Shown here in pieces: positions 20,821 through 28,789 of a stretch of DNA of 64,000 nucleotides. How positions within the stretch are numbered: the stretch's first letter is position 1; each line of letters starts with the position of its first letter. The notes beneath the pieces were generated by a model, which was not told the DNA's origin, did no database searches, and was given only the letters and a program-made list of their open reading frames with translations. The stretch comes from Bacteroidaceae bacterium (lineage in GTDB: Bacteria; Bacillota_I; Bacilli_A; RFN20; CAG-826): contig CAVFNI010000004.1 of NCBI GenBank assembly GCA_963624045.1, positions 20,931-84,930 of the forward strand, read 5' to 3'. The position numbers and the translations under genes were made by a program.

Positions 20821-20974
20821 GTAGGCTCATAAAAGGGGCATATACCACGATGAACGGCGAAAACGAGAATTTATATGAGGAAAATTTTTTCGTTCAACGG
20901 CGGCACGTTCTAGACGTCGATTTTTCATCGCTTTGAGCAAAAACGGGTTTGTATTGGATTCTAAAATTAAGCGA

Positions 20975-21280
20975 TTATAGATTTTCAATCGCCTTCAATA
21001 ACGAATCTTCTTTGGAACGGGCAACTGTTTTTTTCTTAGATTTTTTTGTCAATCTATTATTTGAAGTCTGCTTTTTAACGGAAACTTTTGGGGTTTCTTT
21101 TTCTTTTTGTTTTTTCGCTTTCACTTCAAACGGCAATCCTTCGCACCTAACCAAGGCTTTAAAGAAAAGGACTATTGCGGCTGATGTTGATAGGCCAATC
21201 TCTTCAATCACTTTTTCCGCTTCATTTTTTAGCTCGGAATCAATTCTTAGATTCAAAGTTGTTTTCGATTCTTTTTTCAT
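20975..21280 (-). CDS. RelB/DinJ-family ribbon-helix-helix protein with lysine-rich C-terminal tail (orphan antitoxin-like)
   Basis: From the ATG at 21278-21280: MKKESKTTLNLRIDSELKNEAEKVIEEIGLSTSAAIVLFFKALVRCEGLPFEV. This parallels E. coli DinJ (RIDEDLKNQA...GLTISD...LPF). The tail is KAKKQKEKETPKVSVKKQ...KKSKKK. Confidence 0.65.
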   Translation of the reverse strand: MKKESKTTLNLRIDSELKNEAEKVIEEIGLSTSAAIVLFFKALVRCEGLPFEVKAKKQKEKETPKVSVKKQTSNNRLTKKSKKKTVARSKEDSLLKAIENL

Positions 21281-21304
21281 TTCTTCGTTTTTTCTTGTAA
21301 CGCA

Positions 21305-21325
21305 ATTATAACGCAAAAAGCGTTA
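21305..21325 (-). promoter_or_regulatory. candidate promoter -10 (TATAAT, complement of 21305-21310) overlapped by palindrome TAACGC-N5-GCGTTA (21309-21325)
   Basis: Read directly from the sequence. The palindrome sits on the -10/spacer region about 25 nt upstream of the RHH gene start, as expected for an autoregulatory operator. Confidence 0.4.
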
Positions 21326-21355
21326 CTAGTATATATGCTAAAAATGAATGTTTTC

Positions 21356-21380
21356 TAGCACTCTATATTATTAAGTGCTA
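21356..21380. repeat. inverted repeat TAGCACT-N11-AGTGCTA in the 310-bp AT-rich spacer
   Basis: A perfect 7-bp inverted repeat read from the sequence. A third palindrome, AAATTAGA-TG-TCTAATTT, lies at 21513-21530. Confidence 0.5.
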
Positions 21381-21545
21381 ATAAAAATATCTGAAAATAT
21401 TCCGTTATTCATTGAAAACATTTTTACCAAAGGTATTGTCTAAAAACGACAAAGCGCCGAATTTTACTTGATGAAACAAGATGAAAGATGGCTCTTTTTT
21501 TTGTATTCTATGAAATTAGATGTCTAATTTGCTTCAAAAAGGATT

Positions 21546-21567
21546 AAAAAAGACGGCCTAAGCCGCC
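21546..21567 (-). terminator. rho-independent terminator of the glmU-like gene
   Basis: The minus-strand RNA reads GGCGGC-uuag-GCCGUC (one G-U pair) followed by UUUUUU, 24 nt after the stop codon. Confidence 0.6.
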
Positions 21568-21590
21568 TCTAACGTTATTGATTCGAGGGT

Positions 21591-22562
21591 TTATTCAACC
21601 GTTTCTTTAATGTATTCTCCGGCGCGCACCCGCGCATTTGCGATAATTTCGGCATCTTCTAAGTATAAATTGGGGCCCAATTCAGCGTTTTCTCCAACCT
21701 CTGTCGATCCATACAAGTAGGTGTTTGGGTGAATAATCGTGTCCGCGCCAATTTGGCAATACGGGGAAATGTATGTGTTATCTGGGTCGTCAATGGAAAC
21801 GCCGCTAAGCATCCATTTTTTGTTGATTCTATGTTGCAAGGTTTTGCTGGCTATAGATAACTGAACACGATCGTTAATGCCCATTGTCTCGCTGGGGTCA
21901 TCCGCTATAAAGGAGAACGCTTTAAGGCCGCCTCTAACGAAGATATCTATAACGTCGGTCAAATAATATTCGCCAGCTGCATTTTTGGTCGTAATCTTCT
22001 TCAAACTCTCAAAAAGCGCTTTATTGTTAAAAATATATACGCCTGCATTGACTTCTTGAATTCTTTGTTCTTCCTCGTTGGCATCTTTTTGTTCTACGAT
22101 CCTTAAAAATCGCCCTTCGCTGTCCTTTACAATTCTTCCATAACCAAAGGGGTTCTCGGGAATAAAGGACATAACAGTCAAATCGGAACCGCTTTCTTCA
22201 TGAAACAAGAACATTTTTTCTAACGTCTCGCTCTTAAGAAGAGGCGTATCACCGCAGCAAACGATTGTTTCACCATCTAACCCTTCTAGTAATGGAGCAG
22301 CCATCATAACGGCGTGTCCAGAGCCTTTTTGTTCTTTTTGCCACACTATATCGCTTTCGCCTTTGACTATCTTTTCGCTACTTTGACCACCAAAGCCAAG
22401 TACGGAGATGGTTTTTTCACAATTGATTGGTTTTAAAGCGTCCAAAATATATTTGATAACTGGCACACCGAGAATCGGCATGGACACCTTAGAAATATCA
22501 TCTCTTTTGCTCTTCATTCGCGAGCCTTTGCCAGCGGCTAAAATAATTGCGTAGCGTTTCAT
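21591..22562 (-). CDS. GlmU-like sugar-1-phosphate uridylyltransferase lacking the C-terminal acetyltransferase part
   Basis: 323 aa. LAAGKGSRM, GDTPLL, EYYLTDVI and INDRVQL run collinear with Bacillus GlmU residues 1 to about 320. The ORF then stops after only a few left-handed beta-helix turns. Confidence 0.75.
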   Translation of the reverse strand: MKRYAIILAAGKGSRMKSKRDDISKVSMPILGVPVIKYILDALKPINCEKTISVLGFGGQSSEKIVKGESDIVWQKEQKGSGHAVMMAAPLLEGLDGETIVCCGDTPLLKSETLEKMFLFHEESGSDLTVMSFIPENPFGYGRIVKDSEGRFLRIVEQKDANEEEQRIQEVNAGVYIFNNKALFESLKKITTKNAAGEYYLTDVIDIFVRGGLKAFSFIADDPSETMGINDRVQLSIASKTLQHRINKKWMLSGVSIDDPDNTYISPYCQIGADTIIHPNTYLYGSTEVGENAELGPNLYLEDAEIIANARVRAGEYIKETVE

Positions 22563-22598
22563 AAAAACTCCTTATAAATACGAGGAGATTATACTCCT

Positions 22599-23471
22599 TT
22601 AAATAATTGTTTTAGTAACGGCGGCGAAAAGACCTTCGTCAGCAAAGCGGCGGGCCACATCTTTAAGTTTTTTTAAGTCGTGGCTTAACGCAAAGCAAGA
22701 AGAGCCGCTTCCGGTCATAGAAGAAAGAGGCAGTCCAACTTCTATAAGCCTATTCACGATCTCTTTCACGTCCGGCAAAAGAGAGGCGGCTGGCTCATAT
22801 AAATCATTGCCGATCGATTTAGCCAACAAGCCATCGTCCCCGCTTGCTAAAGCGGTAATTACGCCCTTCGTATCAATGGACGTTCTTTCAAAAGAATCGC
22901 AGATTTCGAAGACTGCTTTCGTGCTAAGCCCTTTTTTGGGTTTAACAACAAGGCACCAATAAGGCTCTTTAACGGTTATAGGGGTCAAATTTTCGCCTAT
23001 GCCCTCCGCAAGCGCCGGTTTGCCTTGGAGGAAAAACGGCACATCGGCGCCAATCGATAGACCGATTCTATTAAGCGTTTCCTCGTCGGTTTTTATACCA
23101 AGAAGAGAAACGACTCCGCGCATCACAGCCGCGGCGTTCGACGAACCGCCGCCTAACCCGGCAGCAAAAGGTATCTCTTTATGGATGGCAATATGGAAAT
23201 TCTCTTTGAAACCAAATTCTTTACGCATCGCATCGACAGCTTTGGTGCATAAATTATGGTGCATATTAGAAAGACCGATATCATCACACGTTATGAAGGT
23301 ATCTTCGCTATGGAGATCCAAAGACATCTCTATGATGTCGTGAAGTGCCAAAGGCAAAATGACCATCTCTAAATTGTGATAGGAATCCTCTTTTCGGTTA
23401 AGCACCCGTAAAGAAACGTTTATTTTTGAATTCGACTTAAGAACCAGGGAACGCCTTTTAAAAAACCACAT
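22599..23471 (-). CDS. ispE: 4-diphosphocytidyl-2-C-methyl-D-erythritol kinase
   Basis: GHMP-kinase motif PFAAGLGGGSSNAAAV and N-terminal KINVSLRVL..R.D.YH.L. The ATG is at 23469-23471; the track start at 23483 is TTG. Confidence 0.8.
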   Translation of the reverse strand: MWFFKRRSLVLKSNSKINVSLRVLNRKEDSYHNLEMVILPLALHDIIEMSLDLHSEDTFITCDDIGLSNMHHNLCTKAVDAMRKEFGFKENFHIAIHKEIPFAAGLGGGSSNAAAVMRGVVSLLGIKTDEETLNRIGLSIGADVPFFLQGKPALAEGIGENLTPITVKEPYWCLVVKPKKGLSTKAVFEICDSFERTSIDTKGVITALASGDDGLLAKSIGNDLYEPAASLLPDVKEIVNRLIEVGLPLSSMTGSGSSCFALSHDLKKLKDVARRFADEGLFAAVTKTII

Positions 23472-23561
23472 AGCAATGGACAAGCAACGATTGTATAGAA
23501 GAGAAAGGCAAAATCAAGGCAAACAAAGAGGAAAAACGCTTTTTCATCCACAAATCGCCGA

Positions 23562-24380
23562 TTATCTCCTTTCAAAATATATTGCTCTCGTTATCGAAAT
23601 GTAATCATCTAACAATAACTCTTCTGGCCTGCATTGCTGATTAATGCCTAAGAAAGCGAGGAAGTCTTTAGCTTTGCTGGCATCAGACAAAAATGAAGCG
23701 AGGTTGTTCAATATGGTTTTTCGCCTGTGCAAAAACAGCGCGTTTGTAACCTTATATAATTTTTGAGCAAACAAAATGTCACTGCTTTGATCGATATCAA
23801 CGGAGAAAACGACGGAATCGACGTTTGGTGATGGTGCAAACGCACCTCGTGAAACGCCAAATTCCTTCTTGGCGACCCCTCGATATGCTAATAGTAGGGG
23901 GAGCGGCCCATAATTCTTCTCTTTGTTTTTAGAGGTTATCCTAGCAAAAGCTTCTTTTTGAACCATAAAAACGCCTTTTTTGAGATTCGTAGCTTTTAAA
24001 AGGACCGCTTCTAAAAGGGACGAAGTTATGTAATAAGGTAAGTTCCCAATTATTTTTGTGTAAGGCGTTAAATCCCATTTAAGGGCGTTCCCCTTCAGTA
24101 TGCGCACATTGCTCGCCCCCTCAAAATCGGTGCTTAGCTTGGCGGTCATCCGTTCATCAATATCAAGCAAGTCGCTTCTTGATGGCTTTTGAGCGATAAA
24201 ATAAGACAAAGAACCGGCTCCCGGGCCTATCTCCAAAGCGTAATCGTCTCCCCCCAACATCGCCAAATCCACGATTTTACCGCATATCAAAGGATCTATA
24301 AGGAAATTCTGACCGATGTCGTGCTGCGCCAACAAACGATATTCTTTTATTTTCTCGAAATATCTCTCTTCGTTAATCAT
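23562..24380 (-). CDS. rsmA: 16S rRNA (adenine1518/1519-N6)-dimethyltransferase
   Basis: HDIGQNFLIDP, EIGPGAGSLS and IGNLPYYITS are KsgA/RsmA motifs. Confidence 0.88.
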   Translation of the reverse strand: MINEERYFEKIKEYRLLAQHDIGQNFLIDPLICGKIVDLAMLGGDDYALEIGPGAGSLSYFIAQKPSRSDLLDIDERMTAKLSTDFEGASNVRILKGNALKWDLTPYTKIIGNLPYYITSSLLEAVLLKATNLKKGVFMVQKEAFARITSKNKEKNYGPLPLLLAYRGVAKKEFGVSRGAFAPSPNVDSVVFSVDIDQSSDILFAQKLYKVTNALFLHRRKTILNNLASFLSDASKAKDFLAFLGINQQCRPEELLLDDYISITRAIYFERR

Positions 24381-24915
24381 TGATGACCTCCTCTAAATCC
24401 TTTTTGCCAAGCCCCAACATGTTGCATCTCTTCAAAAAAGTTTTCGCATTGCATTCTCCTAAATGAAACCTTTTTTGAAGTTTCTTCCTTCTGAAAGAGG
24501 AATCGGCGCCTCCCGCCAACCCCAAATCATATAAATCGGCAAAGGCTAGCGGCGAGGAAGTAGAGGTAGAAGAGGGGAGGTTAGCAAATGAATGCTCAAG
24601 GGCCTCCAATATGGTTTCCTTTGAACATTCGGCCACGCCGACTTTACGGCCTTTTATTGCCTTTTCTTTCGGTACAAAAGCGTTTTCCAGGCCTTCTATC
24701 TCGTTATTGAGAATGTCTCTGATTCTTTTTCCGGGCGCATCAGGATCAGTGAAAACGATAACTCGTCCTTTTTTCTTTAATTCTCGAACCAATTCTATAG
24801 TTTCACGTGAAACAGCGGAACCATTTGTCGTAACAATATCACAATCGATAAAACTAGAGATTAAATCCCTATCCATCTTGCCTTCGACCACCAATACGGC
24901 ATCAAGTTTTTTCAT
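24373..24915 (-). CDS. rnmV: ribonuclease M5
   Basis: Toprim domain VVEGKMDRD...VFTDPDAPGKRIR. The ATG at 24913-24915 lies directly after the tatD stop. Confidence 0.85.
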   Translation of the reverse strand: MKKLDAVLVVEGKMDRDLISSFIDCDIVTTNGSAVSRETIELVRELKKKGRVIVFTDPDAPGKRIRDILNNEIEGLENAFVPKEKAIKGRKVGVAECSKETILEALEHSFANLPSSTSTSSPLAFADLYDLGLAGGADSSFRRKKLQKRFHLGECNAKTFLKRCNMLGLGKKDLEEVIND

Positions 24916-24916
24916 T

Positions 24917-25684
24917 TTATAGTTCCACATGAAACAAATTTCTAGCGTTGTCATTTGTAACAGCGATCGCTTTGGAAACGTCAATGTGGCGCAAATCGGC
25001 GATTTCCTCAGCTATTTCTCGTAAATATTTAGGCTCATTTGTTTTGCCGCGATAAGGAACGGGCGGAAGGTAAGGACAGTCTGTTTCTAATAAAATCCGA
25101 TTAATGGGGCAAATCGAGGCACACGTTTTCGGGGTCGTGGCGTTCTTATACGTAACGGGACCATCAAAGCCGAAATAACAATCAAAACGCGAAGAAAATT
25201 TCTTAAGCATCTCCGCCGAACCCGAAAAACAATGAAGGGAGAAGCCGTTTTTGATTTCGTTTTGAGAAAGGAGATCATATGTATCTTCAATCGCATCGCG
25301 AGCGTGAATGGTAATCGGCAACGATAATATATTGGCCAATTCAATTTGTTTGGCGAAAAATAGCTTTTGCTTGTCCTTGTTATCTTTTCTCCAATGGTAA
25401 TCCAGCCCGATTTCGCCAATCGCCACGACCTTAGGGTCTTTCGCTAGCGATTTTATTTCTTCAAGATCCTCTATTTCATAACCATCAACATTCTCTGGAT
25501 GAATACCTACGGCGGCATAAACATTTTCGAATTCGCTGGCGATTTGCAGCGATTTTTTAGAACTTTCAATATCCCATCCAACACACAAAAAACCTTTTAC
25601 ACCGCACGAAAGGGCGTTTTCGATAACCTCTTTTCGCCTATCGAACAAAATGTCGTCGTTAATATGACAATGAGAATCAAACAT
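24917..25684 (-). CDS. tatD: TatD-family metal-dependent DNase/hydrolase
   Basis: MFDSHCHIND, GEIGLDYHW, IHARDA and LLETDCPYL motifs. Confidence 0.88.
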   Translation of the reverse strand: MFDSHCHINDDILFDRRKEVIENALSCGVKGFLCVGWDIESSKKSLQIASEFENVYAAVGIHPENVDGYEIEDLEEIKSLAKDPKVVAIGEIGLDYHWRKDNKDKQKLFFAKQIELANILSLPITIHARDAIEDTYDLLSQNEIKNGFSLHCFSGSAEMLKKFSSRFDCYFGFDGPVTYKNATTPKTCASICPINRILLETDCPYLPPVPYRGKTNEPKYLREIAEEIADLRHIDVSKAIAVTNDNARNLFHVEL

Positions 25685-25686
25685 CT

Positions 25687-27015
25687 TTATTTACCTATGC
25701 AAAAACGGGCGAAGATTTCTTTCGTTAAATCCTGTGAAGGTTCCTCGCCTAAAAGTTCTTTTATTTGATTGAGGGCTTTATGTATAGAAACGCTGATGAG
25801 GTCGTTAGAAACGCCTTCTTCAGCCTCTTTAACGGCGTTTGCAAGCAATTCATCGGTTTGCCTTAATATCCCAAGTTGGCGCGCATTGGATAAGGAAGAG
25901 CTTCGGAAAGCCGATGGATCGAGACCAACTTCCTTAATTAGGGCTGCCTTTAAAGATCCAATATCTTTGTTTAGCGCCGAAACATATATTCCTACGCTTT
26001 TCTTTTTGTTTGCTTTTAATAAATCGGTTTTATTTAGCGCCTCAATCACTCTTTTACCATTAATTTGATGTGCGATGTCGCTAGGTATTTTTGGCTCGCT
26101 AGCGTCCTCCACCAAAACGACGATATCGGCTTCCTCGATGGCTTTTTTGCTGCGTTCCACACCGATTTTCTCCACTTCATCGGACGTCTCGCGAATCCCA
26201 GCCGTATCGAGAACGATAAAAAGGACGCCATCAAGATAGAAGGTTCCTTCGACTAAATCTCTTGTTGTTCCTGGTATTGAGGTAACAATGGCTTTGTCTT
26301 CGTCAATCAAAGCGTTTAACAAAGAAGATTTTCCGACATTAGGTTCCCCAACGATGGCTATTTTGACCCCTTCCTTGATAATCCTTCCCTGTTCTCCACC
26401 TTTTATCAATAAAGATATCTCTTTCCTCATTTTCCGACATTCTTCGACAATTCTTTGGTTCGTCATCACCTCAATGTCTTCGTATTCCGGATAGTCGATA
26501 TTGACTTCAATCATGGAAAGAATGTCGGAAAGCTTCTCTTTAAGCGGATACAAAAGAGAGGAAGCTTCACCCTTCAACGAAAGAAGAGCCAATTTTTTCC
26601 CTTCGAGAGAAGTGGCATCAATGAGTTCATTAACAGCCTCGCATTGAATCAAATCCATTTTACCAGATAAAAACGCTCGCTCGGTGAATTCTCCGTTTTT
26701 AGCATACCTGGCCCCCAACCCCAACAAAACAGAGATTATCTCTTTGATGATCAAAAGGGAGCCGTGGCATGATATTTCAACGACATTCTCACCGGTCATC
26801 GACGCATTCGCCGGATACAAAAAAAGCATCACTTGATCTATCGTTTCTTTTTCGTTTAGAACTTCGCCAAAAACCATTTTTCTGCTTCCGTCTATCGATT
26901 GCGGCTTAGAGAAGCATTTTTTGATGTATTCAAAAGAGGAAGGTCCGCTCATACGAATGATGGCCAAAGCGCTCTTGAAAGGCGGCGTCGCCAAAGCAAC
27001 GATTGTCTCTGACAT
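25687..27015 (-). CDS. mnmE: tRNA modification GTPase MnmE
   Basis: TIVALATPP N-terminus, G1 GEPNVGKSSLLN, G3 DTAGIR and the C-terminal FCIGK motif. Confidence 0.93.
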   Translation of the reverse strand: MSETIVALATPPFKSALAIIRMSGPSSFEYIKKCFSKPQSIDGSRKMVFGEVLNEKETIDQVMLFLYPANASMTGENVVEISCHGSLLIIKEIISVLLGLGARYAKNGEFTERAFLSGKMDLIQCEAVNELIDATSLEGKKLALLSLKGEASSLLYPLKEKLSDILSMIEVNIDYPEYEDIEVMTNQRIVEECRKMRKEISLLIKGGEQGRIIKEGVKIAIVGEPNVGKSSLLNALIDEDKAIVTSIPGTTRDLVEGTFYLDGVLFIVLDTAGIRETSDEVEKIGVERSKKAIEEADIVVLVEDASEPKIPSDIAHQINGKRVIEALNKTDLLKANKKKSVGIYVSALNKDIGSLKAALIKEVGLDPSAFRSSSLSNARQLGILRQTDELLANAVKEAEEGVSNDLISVSIHKALNQIKELLGEEPSQDLTKEIFARFCIGK

Positions 27016-27017
27016 AA

Positions 27018-28067
27018 TTATTCCTTTCTAATGGTTCCTTTTTTGGAGTGGACACGAATGGAGCCACGCTGGGTTTTAGATAGTTGTTTAGCAAACCCAA
27101 TCGCCTCCGCTTGCGTCTTGAATAATTTAATGGGTTTTTTGCCGCTTGCCAATTTCACTTGCCAAAGACCGCTATTGGATTGTTTGGAAACGTGATAAAC
27201 GCGAGGGCCGCCAGCATAACCCTTCGTCTTAGGGGCATTTATGTTTTTCGACTGGCTTTCTTCGATTTCGTCTTTATCGCTATTTTCTAACGTAGGATTT
27301 TCGTTTTCCGTTGGGGTTTCGCATTGATTTTCGTGTTTTTCGCGCAATTCGGCAAACCCAATTTCGCTCGGTTTAAGGCAATCATCGGTTGCGTTACAAT
27401 CTTCTTTTTTTGATGGTTCTTTCTTAATGAGAAGCGCAAGCAAAACACCAATCAAATAAATGATGATCAGAGCAAACGACGCATAAGGTAAATAAAGTAT
27501 TTCCCGATTGCCAGCAACAAAAGAAGGGAAGAGATATGATTTTGTTGCGGTTGACAGCAAGGTATTAAAGTCAACGCCGGAAAAATAGAGAGCAGAGATG
27601 GTTAGGGCATATAGGCTCGGCAACGTTATGGCGAGCAAACCCCAAAGAAAGACAGAATGTTTTCTTTCTTTTTGTAAAAGGGCGAAAGATAAAAATGACA
27701 TCAGCGGCAAAAATAACGATAAATAAAAGCTTCCATCGAGAACAAATTCTTTCCAGGAATCATTCGACAAGTCATAAATCGGATAAGAGAGGGAAAAAGA
27801 AACCAAAAGAGCGGCGACGGAACCGCACAAAGAAACAAACTTAAGCAAAATAAGCCAGATTGGCGATGGTTTTTTCGTTTTTTGAAAAAAGAAACACAAA
27901 ATGACAACCATCGATGCAATTAAAGATATCGCGCCATTAAAACATGAAAAAGAAAGGAATGAAGGGGCGATGCCGCTTTGCTTGACGCTGATGGAGATGC
28001 CGATAACAATAAAAACAATCGACACTATCTCCGTCAATATGACGCTCATTCTGGTTCGTTTCTCCAT
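27018..28067 (-). CDS. polytopic membrane protein with C-terminal DUF2188-like domain
   Basis: 349 aa with about 6-7 hydrophobic segments (residues 8-215) and an acidic linker. It ends in YHVSKQSNSGLWQVKLASGKKPIKLFKTQAEAIGFAKQLSKTQRGSIRVHSKKGTIRKE, which fits the DUF2188 pattern (W.VK...F.TQ.EAI..A...A......I.H...G.I). Confidence 0.6.
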   Translation of the reverse strand: MEKRTRMSVILTEIVSIVFIVIGISISVKQSGIAPSFLSFSCFNGAISLIASMVVILCFFFQKTKKPSPIWLILLKFVSLCGSVAALLVSFSLSYPIYDLSNDSWKEFVLDGSFYLSLFLPLMSFLSFALLQKERKHSVFLWGLLAITLPSLYALTISALYFSGVDFNTLLSTATKSYLFPSFVAGNREILYLPYASFALIIIYLIGVLLALLIKKEPSKKEDCNATDDCLKPSEIGFAELREKHENQCETPTENENPTLENSDKDEIEESQSKNINAPKTKGYAGGPRVYHVSKQSNSGLWQVKLASGKKPIKLFKTQAEAIGFAKQLSKTQRGSIRVHSKKGTIRKE

Positions 28068-28110
28068 TTTATTTCCTCTTTTGTATTTTAAAAGAAAGGA
28101 ATGATTAATT

Positions 28111-28135
28111 AAAGAAAAGGCGGGGTTTTCCCGCC
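28111..28135 (-). terminator. rho-independent terminator after jag
   Basis: The minus-strand RNA reads GGCGGG-aaaac-CCCGCC followed by UUUUCUUU. Confidence 0.7.
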
Positions 28136-28156
28136 ATTAAATTAAGGTTGTTAATA

Positions 28157-28759
28157 TTAGTCGACGTATTTTATGACGACTGCGCGCGAAGGCCCTTCGC
28201 CAACCGATTCGGTTTTGATGTGTTCGTCGAAATCAGACAAAGTGTTATGAATGATTCGTCTCTCGTCGGGTGTCATTGGTTCTAATTTAACGTCGACGCG
28301 GTTTCTCAAAACATCGTTGGCGTTCCTTCTGGCTACATAAGCCAAACGGCCATATTTATCTTCTTTGTATCCGCCAACATCTAAAAGAATGCGATAACGG
28401 TGGTGGAATTTGTTGCTAACGGCCAAACGGACCAGTTCATTAAAGGCTTGGAGCGTTTTTCCTCCTTTGCCAATCAAAACAGGATTCCTTTGGGAATTGA
28501 TTGAAACATGAATGATATCTTCTTCGATATGAGCTTCTGTGGTTATTTCGATGCCAAGTTCACCAATTGACGTTTTTAAATATTCTTGAGCATATTCAAC
28601 AGCATCCGATTCCTCGTAAACCTCGATCGCGACTTCCTTATGGAAGATTCCTTTCTTCTCATCGACGACTTTGTAAATCAAGTTCTCAATTGGCAAGGAG
28701 AATTCTTCCGATGCTTTTTTCAACGCGTCTTCGATCGTTTTCTCTCTGAATTCTTTCAT
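28157..28759 (-). CDS. jag: RNA-binding protein Jag/KhpB (KH + R3H domains)
   Basis: 200 aa with KH region LIGKGGKTLQAFNELV and R3H motif ERRIIHNTL. It occupies the conserved position after yidC. Confidence 0.85.
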   Translation of the reverse strand: MKEFREKTIEDALKKASEEFSLPIENLIYKVVDEKKGIFHKEVAIEVYEESDAVEYAQEYLKTSIGELGIEITTEAHIEEDIIHVSINSQRNPVLIGKGGKTLQAFNELVRLAVSNKFHHRYRILLDVGGYKEDKYGRLAYVARRNANDVLRNRVDVKLEPMTPDERRIIHNTLSDFDEHIKTESVGEGPSRAVVIKYVD

Positions 28760-28789
28760 ATTTAATACCTCTTAAATTAGAAACGGCTG

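Noticed and set aside
20827-20928. A 33-aa basic ORF (MKNRRLERAAVERKNFPHINSRFRRSSWYMPLL) directly downstream of the RHH gene on the same strand, considered as a possible mini-toxin.
   Set aside because: It has no Shine-Dalgarno sequence and no resemblance to RelE/YafQ. It runs into the ppdK terminator stem and is too short to evaluate. It is kept only as context for the RHH finding.
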